Source: Gemmatimonadota bacterium
Lineage (GTDB): Bacteria > Gemmatimonadota > Gemmatimonadetes > Longimicrobiales > Gaopeijiaceae
DNA length: 64,000 nucleotides
Reading direction: 5' to 3'
Assembly (NCBI GenBank): GCA_007121775.1
Contig: SKJY01000097.1
Span: forward strand, 5,138 to 69,137
The number at the start of each line of letters is the position of its first letter. Position 1 is the stretch's first letter. The notes under the pieces were generated by a model. That model worked only from the letters and a program-made list of their open reading frames with translations. It did not search any database and had not been told where the DNA came from. Position numbers and translations under genes: made by a program. Of this stretch, positions 11,009-20,258 are shown piece by piece.

Positions 11009-12356
11009 CGGTGACCTCCCTGCCTGATGCAGGCGTCGAGGATGAAGGCACCCTGGAGTCCAACGGTGCCGCTCTGCGGAGGACCCATCCTGGTGCCAGG
11101 TCGCCGTCCGACGGCCTCCAATCCAAGGTCCATCCCACCCCGGAGAGCGCAGGGGGGTAGGTCCCGGGAGCCGCTCCGGTGGATCGGGCGGCCCAGACGA
11201 AAACCGCCGACGCGAGACTCCGGGCAGCGGGCCAGGCCACGGGATTACCCAGTTCGACCTCCACGGAGACCGCATCGAAGCGGAACTCCTCAAGTTCCTT
11301 GAGGCGTCGGGCAGTTGCCCCTTCCGGGCCATCCAACGGAAGCGCCAGGACACCGGGGAGAGGCGATGACTGGACTTCCCTGCGGCTGAGATGAAGGGAC
11401 CGATGGCCCTCCCCCAGAAGAAGCCCCGGCAGTCGAGGGAGAAGCTCCCGGGACATCCGCTCGGGACGGCTGCGAAGTTGAAGGGTCAATGGACCTGCCG
11501 CCAGCAGGAGCCGTAACTCCTCAATGGTCTCCCGATCCGGCTCCGGAACCTCATTCGATTCCTGGGAAGGCGACTCTCGGGGCGTGAGGAGCAGTTCGAA
11601 TCCCAGGGAGGTGGAAATCCCCCGAACCTCCACTACCCCGGACTGCCCGCCCTGCCGGATCTGTGCCAGCCAGGCGCCTTCCCCTCTAGCGGGGAGCCTT
11701 TCCCCAGGCGAGGGGGAGAGGATGCGCTCCAGCACGGCCTCCCAATCCGGCTTGAGCCGGTAACGGCGAACCTGCCCACCATCCTCGTACCAGCCGATCC
11801 CCCTCCCTTCCCGAACCGAGATACCCCAGCGCGGAGATCGTCCCATTCTGGCCAGGGAGCCCAATTCATCCAGGGATAAGGCCCGAGCCGCCATCATGCT
11901 CCCGGCCCCAGGGCGTTCCTGAACGAAGACCGTGCGGATCACCTCTCGAATCCGGTCTGGCGGCCCCAGGGCCAGATCCACCTCGAGCCCGACCCGGGCG
12001 TTCAGTTCCCTGGCGGCCTCGGTCTTCAGGGGCGAATCCACCACCAGCGTCACCCGGTCTCCGGAGCGGGCGATGGGTAGAGCGGTGTGAGCCAGCGCCC
12101 AGTCCACCGTCACCAGTCGGGCCACATCCGGATCCACAGCCGACGCTTCCGGAAAGACGTAGGGGAGGTTGTACTGCGATGCCAACCCCCACTCCACCTC
12201 CGAGGCTCGGACCAACCCCAACGCCACCAGCGCCTCTCCGAAAAGCCCCCCCTCCCGGCGCTGATGCGTCAGGGCTCGTTCGATCTCCTCCTCGGTGATC
12301 CGTCCTGCATCGAAGAGGATCCGTCCAATGTTCTTCCCGGTGCGCTCTCGTTCCAT
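10992..12356 (-). CDS. MshEN/T2SSE_N-domain protein with eroded PilB/GspE-like ATPase region
   Basis: N-terminal IGRILFDAGRITEEEIERALTHQ..FGEALVALGLV..GLASQ then LPY..ALPIAR..DSPL; the remainder is colinear with PilB but has no Walker A. Confidence 0.8.
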   Translation of the reverse strand: MERERTGKNIGRILFDAGRITEEEIERALTHQRREGGLFGEALVALGLVRASEVEWGLASQYNLPYVFPEASAVDPDVARLVTVDWALAHTALPIARSGDRVTLVVDSPLKTEAARELNARVGLEVDLALGPPDRIREVIRTVFVQERPGAGSMMAARALSLDELGSLARMGRSPRWGISVREGRGIGWYEDGGQVRRYRLKPDWEAVLERILSPSPGERLPARGEGAWLAQIRQGGQSGVVEVRGISTSLGFELLLTPRESPSQESNEVPEPDRETIEELRLLLAAGPLTLQLRSRPERMSRELLPRLPGLLLGEGHRSLHLSRREVQSSPLPGVLALPLDGPEGATARRLKELEEFRFDAVSVEVELGNPVAWPAARSLASAVFVWAARSTGAAPGTYPPALSGVGWTLDWRPSDGDLAPGWVLRRAAPLDSRVPSSSTPASGREVTDAPNG

Positions 12357-12384
12357 CTGAATGCCTCTCCCGGATCCTTTGGGT

Positions 12385-12810
12385 TCACGGGTGCCGCACC
12401 ATGATATGCCCCGTCACGGACGGGGCGTATCCATCCATGCGATACGGATAGATCCCCTCGGGAGCCCCCTCGAAGGAGAGGACCAACCGTGCCTCCGATG
12501 CTGTCAACGGGGGGGGAGCCAGTTGCCCCGTCCTCTCCAGAAAAGCCCTTGCCTCCGCAGTCAGTTCATCGGTCTCGAAGACCACCTGATGGACTCGGTG
12601 ACCCCGGATCTGGAACTGGACCAGATCGCCGGCGGTGACCTCCAGATACGCCGGGATCAGGCGGGTGACCTCTGCCGCGCCAGTGACCATGACCCGATGG
12701 ATCTGGACTTCATCGGCAATCCCCAACTCGGCACGGAGTTCCGGATCCGACGGAGGGTCGGGCCGATCGCAACCGGCGAGGAGGAAGAGCCCGACCGCGG
12801 CCATCGCCAT
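12385..12810 (-). CDS. Lipoprotein with cupredoxin-like fold
   Basis: Lipobox LLAGC; PAYLEVTAGDLVQF..HQVVF..PEGIYPY..GHIMV matches the plastocyanin-like strand pattern, but Cys/His/Met ligands are missing. Confidence 0.7.
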   Translation of the reverse strand: MAMAAVGLFLLAGCDRPDPPSDPELRAELGIADEVQIHRVMVTGAAEVTRLIPAYLEVTAGDLVQFQIRGHRVHQVVFETDELTAEARAFLERTGQLAPPPLTASEARLVLSFEGAPEGIYPYRMDGYAPSVTGHIMVRHP

Positions 12811-12821
12811 CCAGCCCGATC

Positions 12822-13880
12822 TCACTCCACCGCCGTTCCGCAGGCCAGACAGTAATTCCACCCCCGCTCCAAGACCTCACCACAGGATCGGCAGGGGAGG
12901 AGGAATACATTCGTGCCACAGAACGGACAGAACCGTAGATTGTCCCGATCGGGAAGTTCCGCGTCACACTCAGGACAGGCCTCCGGTGGGACCCCCAGAT
13001 TCACGCCGCGAGGAATCTCCATGACACGGTGGCGGACCACCTGTGTCTTCTTCTCCGCAGCCACCGGCTTCACCGCTGCACTCTCACGGGCCTCGCCTCC
13101 GGAAGGGGAAGACGCCTCGGGTTCGGACGGGCGGGGATCGGGGGAAGGAGAGTCGTCGGTTCGCCTTTTCTCCGCAGGAACAGGGGCCGGCTGAACTTCC
13201 GGAGAGGCGGCGGCTGATGGAAACTCAGCCTGCTGAGGCGGCGCTTGCTTTCGCCGCTCCGGGCTTCCCGTTGCCGGTCCCTCCGCCGTATCCCGGCGGG
13301 ACCGACTCTCGACCTCCGGAGCCGAGGAACCCTTCGGCGGAGCCTCATCCTTCTTCCGGGACGATCCGGTATCCGTCCCCAGGGCCTGCCCCAAGAGAGC
13401 GTCCAACCGGAGCTCCTCATCCGCCGAATCGAGGGCGCGCCCGACAAGCGCGTCCAGTTCCTCATCGCTCACCAGCGCACCCTGCTCGAACCCCCGGCGC
13501 TCCGGAGCGTCATCTGATCTGCCGGAAGACATGGTCTCAGGGATCTTGGCCGGGTTGAGACGCACGCCCACAGCAGCGTACTCACGGTAGAGTCCGGTAT
13601 TGGGGTGGGGCAGACCGGCCTCTCGCTCGAGCCGTTGACGAGCGGCGTCGGACTCCATGGTCAGGTAGTCGCCCTCCCCGGCGAGCAACCGCAGGAGGGC
13701 ATCCTCGTAATCCCCATTCATCTCCGCTCCGATCCGGTCCCGATGGGTCCGGTAGGGAACCAGCGTCTGGTAGATCTCTGCCACCGTGAAAGACGACTTG
13801 AGATACGAAGGAACCCTGCTACGGATCTCCTGCACCAGAACATGGAAGAAGCGGTCTACCAGAGACGGGTTGGTCTTCAT
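12822..13880 (-). CDS. Double zinc-ribbon domain protein
   Basis: C-terminal CPEC, CPFC, CRSC, CLAC; N-terminal globular domain (FTVAEIYQTLVPYR) and long low-complexity linker; GGAG RBS. Confidence 0.85.
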   Translation of the reverse strand: MKTNPSLVDRFFHVLVQEIRSRVPSYLKSSFTVAEIYQTLVPYRTHRDRIGAEMNGDYEDALLRLLAGEGDYLTMESDAARQRLEREAGLPHPNTGLYREYAAVGVRLNPAKIPETMSSGRSDDAPERRGFEQGALVSDEELDALVGRALDSADEELRLDALLGQALGTDTGSSRKKDEAPPKGSSAPEVESRSRRDTAEGPATGSPERRKQAPPQQAEFPSAAASPEVQPAPVPAEKRRTDDSPSPDPRPSEPEASSPSGGEARESAAVKPVAAEKKTQVVRHRVMEIPRGVNLGVPPEACPECDAELPDRDNLRFCPFCGTNVFLLPCRSCGEVLERGWNYCLACGTAVE

Positions 13881-13950
13881 GGGGCACTCTTGGGAAGGAA
13901 ACGAAACGGACCGGATCACGAACGTTGAGCCGTTCAGGGCGGAGCCACCC

Positions 13951-15075
13951 TCAACGGAGGATTTCCAGGGCCAGGATGCCGGCGCTGGCCGCCCCCCTGA
14001 TGAGGGTCTCGGCATCCAATGGAGCGATCTCCACCCCGTATTCATCCCGCCAACGGCGAGCGAGGCGCCGCACGGCCCGGGGGATGGGCTCTACGGGCAA
14101 CCCCGCTGAATCCCGGAGACATCGCACTACCTCCTCCCACCCACCCCTGAAGACCCGGCCCCCTGCGGTGCGTACCTGGACCGTCCCCGCTGGATCCCTC
14201 GGCGGAGCTTCGGCGGGCGTTTCCGTATGGAAGAGTTCCAGTTGCAATTCGTCCTTCAGGGGCCAGTCACTCTCCGGAGCGAATCGCGACTCAACCTCGG
14301 CCAGCAGGCGTTCCACCGGATCGTCCTCCATGAGCTCCAACTCCCGAAGGCGCCGTCTCCACGGTCGGATGCCCAGGTCCCGGTCATCCACGCGTCTCAA
14401 GGAGCGCTTCAACTCGATGAGCCGCCAGACGCCCAGCGGGTCCCAATGTTCCGATGGAGGCACCATTTCGAACTGGTCCAGGGCGGCATCCCACTCTCCT
14501 CGATCGTAAAGGAGGTGACCAAGGTAGACGCGTACGTCGTGGAGGGACGGGTCCACTCGCAGGGCACGCCGAAGATACCGAGCAGCCCGGACCTCGTCTC
14601 CCATTCTGTGGAGACAATAGGCGGCTCCCGCCATGGCGTCCCCCACCTCGGGCCGGGCGGCGGCCAGACGGAGGAATACGTCGAGGGCATAGGCCATGAG
14701 TCCCTCACGATAGAGAGCCCGCCCCATGGTCAGCATGAGTTCCACATCGTCCTGAAAACCGAGCTGTTGTACCCTCCGGAAGAGATCCAGCGCCCCGTCC
14801 CGGTCCCCGGTACGGAGTAGCACCTCCCCCATTCCCACCATGGCGTCCTCATGGGAGGGATCCATGGACAGCGCCCGCCGAAACGCGGCGCCGGCCCATG
14901 CCACCTCCTCCCGGGCGAGTCTGGCGTATCCCATTCCCACCATTAGTTCCACAGCGTCGGGGAAACGGGAAAGACCCTCTTTCAGGGTCTCGAGAGCACC
15001 ATCGAAATCACCCTCGTTGTAGAGGGAGTGGGCCTGCTCGTCGTACTCTTCGGAACTCCAGAACTCCTCGTGCAT
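13951..15075 (-). CDS. Tetratricopeptide repeat protein
   Basis: About six TPR-like repeats (e.g. AMVGMGEVLLRTGDRDGALDLFRRV; VRVYLGHLLYDRGEWDAALDQFE) plus a small C-terminal domain. Confidence 0.85.
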   Translation of the reverse strand: MHEEFWSSEEYDEQAHSLYNEGDFDGALETLKEGLSRFPDAVELMVGMGYARLAREEVAWAGAAFRRALSMDPSHEDAMVGMGEVLLRTGDRDGALDLFRRVQQLGFQDDVELMLTMGRALYREGLMAYALDVFLRLAAARPEVGDAMAGAAYCLHRMGDEVRAARYLRRALRVDPSLHDVRVYLGHLLYDRGEWDAALDQFEMVPPSEHWDPLGVWRLIELKRSLRRVDDRDLGIRPWRRRLRELELMEDDPVERLLAEVESRFAPESDWPLKDELQLELFHTETPAEAPPRDPAGTVQVRTAGGRVFRGGWEEVVRCLRDSAGLPVEPIPRAVRRLARRWRDEYGVEIAPLDAETLIRGAASAGILALEILR

Positions 15076-15246
15076 CCAGGGCGATGTCCGCGATGAAGAG
15101 GATGAAGAGAAGGAACCGGGAGCTGACCCGGGGAAGGCGCACCGTACCCCCGACTCCCGCCCGATTCCCGGGAATGTAGAGAGCCGGATCGTGGGGGGAA
15201 AGTGCTCCCTGCCACGAACCCTGGATGAAACCGGGCGGATAACCAA

Positions 15247-15278
15247 AGGGGTGGAGGTGCTACAGCACCTCCACCCCT
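15247..15278 (-). terminator. Intrinsic terminator after the 98-aa gene
   Basis: 15-bp perfect inverted repeat aggggtggaggtgct/agcacctccacccct followed by TTGGTT on the minus strand. Confidence 0.65.
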
Positions 15279-15364
15279 CGGGGAGAACCGGTGAAAAAGG
15301 CCTGACCGGGCTTCCGGTTCCGCGGTTCATTGCGGAAATCGGCCCGGGGCAGGACAGGCTTGCT

Positions 15365-15661
15365 TCAGGCCACCTCCGCCTCTTCGGATGAGGCGACCCC
15401 GGCCGGCTCCTCGTCAACGGGCTGGTTCTGGGAACCAGGCCGCCCATGGGGAATGGCGGGCCGGCAGAATCGCATTCCAACGGTGTAGAGTTCCTGAAGG
15501 TCGGTATCGCTCAGATCCGGATAACGCTCGGCCAGATACTCCATGGTCTCCTCCATCCAGTGCCGCTGATCTTCCTCCGCGGCCTGCAGGACGGCGCACC
15601 GGTTGATGTGGCTGAAAAGCTCGTCCCGAGCGCGATCCTTCAACTTGCCCTTATTGCTCAT
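15365..15661 (-). CDS. Small hypothetical protein
   Basis: Strong GGAGG RBS, helical sequence (ARDELFSHINRC..YLAERYPDL..GMRFC), own terminator. Confidence 0.8.
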   Translation of the reverse strand: MSNKGKLKDRARDELFSHINRCAVLQAAEEDQRHWMEETMEYLAERYPDLSDTDLQELYTVGMRFCRPAIPHGRPGSQNQPVDEEPAGVASSEEAEVA

Positions 15662-16068
15662 GAAACCTCCGTCTGGCTTGGGTTCGTCACCTCACGAAGA
15701 GCCCTACTGGACGGGGAGTGGCTGGTGCCGGTGATCCGGCCACCGCCTGGGATACTCCATCCAACGTCTCCGCCGCCGACTCCCTTATGGACTCGCACAG
15801 CGAACGGCCGCGCCCGACGATGCATTCCGTTTCCGCACCCTGTGAGGTGCCGATCTGGATGCAGGTCTTCGGGCACAGGCGAGGGGGTGAGGGGTGATGA
15901 GTAACGAACCATGATAACGAAAAACGTTTGCCCTGTGCAGGGCCGGGCGTGGATCCGATTCCCTGGGGGCCATTGCCCCCGACGCCCGCTTTCCACTTCT
16001 TCGTAGGATCCGATCGGAACCAAGTCTTCCGTTTCTGACCCCTTCGACCACCCAAACCCCTTATCCCC

Positions 16069-16488
16069 ATGTATGTTCAGCTTGCCCTCGTCTGCGACGA
16101 CGCCCGCGTCCGGGAAGACGGGAAGATGGATATCCACGGCATTTTCAATGATCTCATAGCACCAGGATTTCCTGCGAAACAGGAGCGCATGATCCTGGTG
16201 ACCACCATCTGCTGGGACCGAAGCGACGAGGGTCGAAACAAGTTCAAGGTGGATCTGGTGGGCCCGGATGGGCGCCCTTCGCTAACGGTGGACGGACACA
16301 CGGATGTGGATCCTCGGCCCGCCCATCGCCCCCCGCCGCGGACCCGCCTCGTCCTGCCTCTGGAAGAGGTAGTCTTTCCCAGGCCAGGGGAGTACAGGTT
16401 CGAGATCCGTGTGAAGGGGAAGCGGCTGGCGGGCCCGTCGCTCTTCGTGATGGAGGCTGAGTCCCAGGAGGCCTCTGCCGAAGGGTGA
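16069..16488 (+). CDS. DUF6941-like beta-sandwich protein
   Basis: ALVCDDA..DGKMDIHGIFN..FPA..FPRPGEYRFEI pattern. Confidence 0.75.
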   Translation: MYVQLALVCDDARVREDGKMDIHGIFNDLIAPGFPAKQERMILVTTICWDRSDEGRNKFKVDLVGPDGRPSLTVDGHTDVDPRPAHRPPPRTRLVLPLEEVVFPRPGEYRFEIRVKGKRLAGPSLFVMEAESQEASAEG

Positions 16489-16530
16489 CCACCGAGCCCC
16501 CGCACTGGGCAGGGATGAGCGATATCAGTC

Positions 16531-17268
16531 TCAACCGGCGGCGGGCCAGGTCACACGACGCAGCGGCAGAAGAGCGCGGAGCGTGCCCCATGGCCGGAAG
16601 CGGGTCTCCCGCCGCCTTCCTTCTATCCTGGGGGTGAAGGGGATCTCCTCGATTCTTCGAGCATGGGGCGCGGTCCCTGCCAGCAGTTCCAGATTGGCGC
16701 CCCACCCATCGGAGCGTACCAGCGGTGAAGCCCCCTGACCGCCCCCCCGGAACGCCTTGCGAAGCACGATGATCCGGAAGGCCCGCGGGCCCGCGAGCGG
16801 TTCGGAGACCGGCGCCTCCTTCAAGGCACGCCCCAGGATCAGTCCGGCCAGCCACCGGGACCTGCGCTGGCCTCGGGGCAGATCATCCCTGGCCACGCAG
16901 CCGGCTACGAGATCACTCCCCCCCTCGATGCGCTTCACCATCTCCAGAATGGTCTCAGGATCCTCGGTGAAGTCGCCCTGAAGAACTACCGCCACATCCC
17001 TTTTGGGGTAGCGTGTCCGCTCCACCGATTCCCGGAGAAGGCGCTCAGTCGCCCGACCATACCCGAGACGCTGGTCGGAGCGGATGATGTGGAGTGGCAA
17101 GCGCTGCCGGTAGCGCTCCAGCACCTCGGTGGTCCGATCCGTGGAGGCGTCGTCTAGGACCTGGATCCGAAAATCCCGGCCGGCCTCCAGGAACACCTTC
17201 CGGATCTTCCAGAGGAGGAGGCCGATAGTCTCGGCCTCGTTGTGGACGGGGATGTTGACGTAGATCAC
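16531..17268 (-). CDS. Glycosyltransferase family 2
   Basis: IPVHNEAETI, VLDDASTDRT, LGYGRA; DxD position reads QGD. Confidence 0.85.
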   Translation of the reverse strand: MIYVNIPVHNEAETIGLLLWKIRKVFLEAGRDFRIQVLDDASTDRTTEVLERYRQRLPLHIIRSDQRLGYGRATERLLRESVERTRYPKRDVAVVLQGDFTEDPETILEMVKRIEGGSDLVAGCVARDDLPRGQRRSRWLAGLILGRALKEAPVSEPLAGPRAFRIIVLRKAFRGGGQGASPLVRSDGWGANLELLAGTAPHARRIEEIPFTPRIEGRRRETRFRPWGTLRALLPLRRVTWPAAG

Positions 17269-17349
17269 GTTTGCACGGTGTGGGTTGGGCAGTTGATGTG
17301 AATGGCGGAGACGGAGGCGGACCAGCGGGCGTCCCGGAGTACGGAACCG

Positions 17350-18309
17350 TCAGGCTTCAGGAACGGAGGCATCATGGCCCGGGCCGCCTCCACGAGGCTC
17401 CCGAGCCTCCCGGGGCGGGGTTTTCCAGCGCCGGTGGACCCAGAAATACTGCTCCGGAGTCCGGCGGACCGCTACCTCCATTCGCTTCATGTACTCCCTG
17501 GTGAAAGCCTCCACAAAGGTATCCCGATCCGGCTCCGGCCGGACCTCCATGGGCTCGAACCTCACCCGATATCTACCCCGTACCCCGGGAAGTCGCTCAC
17601 AGGTAGCCAGGAAGGTGGGGCACCCCGTCCGGGCCGCAAAGAGTCCCGGGCCCCGAGCGGTACTGGCCGGCCGGCCGAAAAAATCCACGAAGACCCCTCC
17701 CGACCGGGCATCCTGATCGGCCACCATGGCCACCGCGCGTCCGCGACGCAGGGACCGAAGCACCTCCCTTGGCGCCTGTCGCCGCTCGATGACCCGCATC
17801 CCCAGCGCCTCCCGTGACCGGGTGAGCCGGCGATCCACCAAGGGATTGCGCTGCGCCTTGACCACCACATCCAGGGGAAGGCCCCGAGCCGCAGCGGCCC
17901 CACCGCCGACTTCCCAGTTCCCCAGGTGCCCTGTGAGGATCAGGACCCCCTGCCCCCCTTCGGCCGCCTCGGTCACCGCGTCGAAGCCCTCCATGACCGT
18001 TCTTGAGCGGACTTCCCCGGCAGACATTCCCAACAGGCGGAGGAGCATGACCGCCTCCCGGCCGATGTGGGGAAAGACCCGGCGAGCCACCCGGCGACGC
18101 CACTTCACGCTCCGGTCAGGAAAGGCCACAGCCAGATTCCCGTCCACGGTGGATCTGCGGATCCGCAGGATGGAACCCACAAACCACCCCAGGCCCCACC
18201 CCAACGCCAGTGCCAGGGGCTCCGGGAGGCTCCGAATGGTGAAGTGGACTGTGGCCACGAGGACGTCCTGGATCCGGTGCGCCAGGGTAGGTGAGGGGGA
18301 GGGCATCAC
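17350..18309 (-). CDS. lpxL: Lipid A biosynthesis late acyltransferase (LpxL/HtrB family)
   Basis: TGHLGNWE, ADQDA, FFGRPA, PEQYFWVHRRWKT; overlaps the msbA stop. Confidence 0.88.
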   Translation of the reverse strand: MMPSPSPTLAHRIQDVLVATVHFTIRSLPEPLALALGWGLGWFVGSILRIRRSTVDGNLAVAFPDRSVKWRRRVARRVFPHIGREAVMLLRLLGMSAGEVRSRTVMEGFDAVTEAAEGGQGVLILTGHLGNWEVGGGAAAARGLPLDVVVKAQRNPLVDRRLTRSREALGMRVIERRQAPREVLRSLRRGRAVAMVADQDARSGGVFVDFFGRPASTARGPGLFAARTGCPTFLATCERLPGVRGRYRVRFEPMEVRPEPDRDTFVEAFTREYMKRMEVAVRRTPEQYFWVHRRWKTPPREAREPRGGGPGHDASVPEA

Positions 18310-20222
18310 GGCGTGCGTGGCTCTGGGCCCTCATGTCGGGACTCCGGGGCACTTGGCCCGACCAGCTCCGCGGCGGCCTGTTCCCCGCTCAGTTGCAGGT
18401 CATGCAGATGCCGGTACAGCCCCCCACGGGCTAGGAGTTCATCGTGGGTGCCCCGCTGGACGATCCTCCCCTCGGACATGACCAGGATCTGGTCCGCCTG
18501 CTGGACAGTGGAGAGACGGTGGGCGATGACAAAGACGGTGCGGCCCTGGAGGAGCCGCTCCATGGCCACCTGCACCAGCCGCTCCGACTCCGAATCCAGC
18601 GCCGAGGTGGCCTCGTCGAGGATCAGGATGGGCGGATCCCGGAGGATGGCCCGGGCGATGGCGATGCGCTGCCGCTGGCCACCGGAGAGTTGGGTGCCCC
18701 GCTCGCCCACCACGGTGTCGTAACCCTGGGGAAGCCGCTGCACGAAGCCGTCTGCGTGGGCAGCCCGTGCCGCCCGCCGGAGGTCCTCTTCCGACACATC
18801 CTCCATCCCGTAGGCGATGTTGGCCCTGACCGTGTCGTGGAAGAGCACCGTCTCCTGGGAGACGATCCCCAGCTTGTCGCGAAGCGATGCCAGGCTGAAA
18901 TCCCGTATGTCCACACCATCGATCCGCACAGCGCCGTCGGTCACCTCATAGAACCTACCCAGAAGATCGACCAGGGTCGTCTTCCCGGCGCCGCTGGGGC
19001 CCACCAGCGCCGTGACACTCCCCGCCGGAGCCCGGAAGTCGATCTCGCGGAGCACCGGCTCACCGGGTCGGTACTCGAAGGATACCCCATGGAACTCAAC
19101 GCCCTCCCGGATCTCCTCAAGGGTCCGGGCGCCGGGTTGATCGCGAATCTCCACGGGTGCGTCCAGAAACTCGAATACCCGCTCGGAGGCCACGAGACCG
19201 GGCTGGATGATGGCGGGGAGCTTCCCGAGATACTTCACCGGCGAGTAGAGCTTCATGGAAAGGGCCAGGAATCCGATGAACTCCTCGCCTCCGATCTCAC
19301 CCCCGGTAAGGACCAACCGGGTCCCATACCAGAGGAGGATCACGGTCCCCAGCGCCCCCACCATCTCCGTGATGGGGTGGGAGAGGGCCCTGAATCGCTC
19401 GGTGCGGATGAAGGCCTTGAAGTAGGACCAGGTCAGCCCGCGGAATCGCTTCCGCTCGTGACCCTCTGCCGCCGAGGCCTTCACCAGCCGGATCCCTGAG
19501 AGGGTCTCCTGGATGTGGCTGTTCACCTCGCCGGCCAGATTCAGGATGGTCCGATCACCGCGCCGGACCCGCCTGAGGAGCGGCCCCCAGATGAGGAAGA
19601 CACCGGGGAGCACAATGAAGGCGGCCAGCGTCAGCTTCCACGAAATGATGAGCATGAGCGCCAGTGCCGCCAGGAGCTCGAAGACCGAAGAGAGGATCTT
19701 GGCCAACTCCTTGGTCACCAGCGTTCGAAGTTGCTCTACGTCATGGGTGAGCCTGGAGATGATCTGCCCGACCCGGGTGCGCCCGAAGAAGACCAGATCC
19801 AGATCGACCAGATGGTCGTAGACCTGATTGCGGAGATCCCGGGTCACCGCCTGCTCGATCCACGCCACCAGATACTTCCGCAGGAAGTCGAAGACGTTCT
19901 TCACCAGGAAGATCGCTAGGAGGAAGATAATGATCCCCTGGATGGCCTGATCCGGTGGGGCGCCCAGGTCCACGAAGCGTCCCAGGGTCCCATCCATCAG
20001 GGACTGGAGGAGATCGCTGCCGCCGACCGGCTCGTCAGCGGGGAGGTCCGCCGTCCCTGCCGCCGCCCCCTCCGGATCGGCGAAGAGGGTCCGGAGGAAG
20101 GGGATCAGCAGCGCCAGGGAGAAGGCATCCAGCGCCGCAAATGCCGAGGTGGCCACCACCGCCAGGAGAAAGACGGGGAGGTATGGGCGCAGGTACGAAA
20201 GGATCCGGAGGTAGAGACTCAC
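18306..20222 (-). CDS. msbA: Lipid A export ABC transporter, MsbA-like
   Basis: TMD plus NBD with GPSGAGKTT, LSGGQRQRIAIARA, ILDEATSALD, IAHRLST; next to lpxL. Confidence 0.85.
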   Translation of the reverse strand: MSLYLRILSYLRPYLPVFLLAVVATSAFAALDAFSLALLIPFLRTLFADPEGAAAGTADLPADEPVGGSDLLQSLMDGTLGRFVDLGAPPDQAIQGIIIFLLAIFLVKNVFDFLRKYLVAWIEQAVTRDLRNQVYDHLVDLDLVFFGRTRVGQIISRLTHDVEQLRTLVTKELAKILSSVFELLAALALMLIISWKLTLAAFIVLPGVFLIWGPLLRRVRRGDRTILNLAGEVNSHIQETLSGIRLVKASAAEGHERKRFRGLTWSYFKAFIRTERFRALSHPITEMVGALGTVILLWYGTRLVLTGGEIGGEEFIGFLALSMKLYSPVKYLGKLPAIIQPGLVASERVFEFLDAPVEIRDQPGARTLEEIREGVEFHGVSFEYRPGEPVLREIDFRAPAGSVTALVGPSGAGKTTLVDLLGRFYEVTDGAVRIDGVDIRDFSLASLRDKLGIVSQETVLFHDTVRANIAYGMEDVSEEDLRRAARAAHADGFVQRLPQGYDTVVGERGTQLSGGQRQRIAIARAILRDPPILILDEATSALDSESERLVQVAMERLLQGRTVFVIAHRLSTVQQADQILVMSEGRIVQRGTHDELLARGGLYRHLHDLQLSGEQAAAELVGPSAPESRHEGPEPRTP

Positions 20223-20258
20223 CGTTCAGCCGGCCAAGGGGCGGAGGACCCGGGACCG

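Noticed and set aside
11594..11604. GTTCGAATCCC, tRNA T-loop-like
   Set aside because: Inside a CDS, with no cloverleaf around it
15926..15938. GCACAGGGCAAAC (minus strand), resembling the 5' end of a c-di-GMP-I riboswitch
   Set aside because: The following GNRA-capped stem and GACGCAAAG segment are absent
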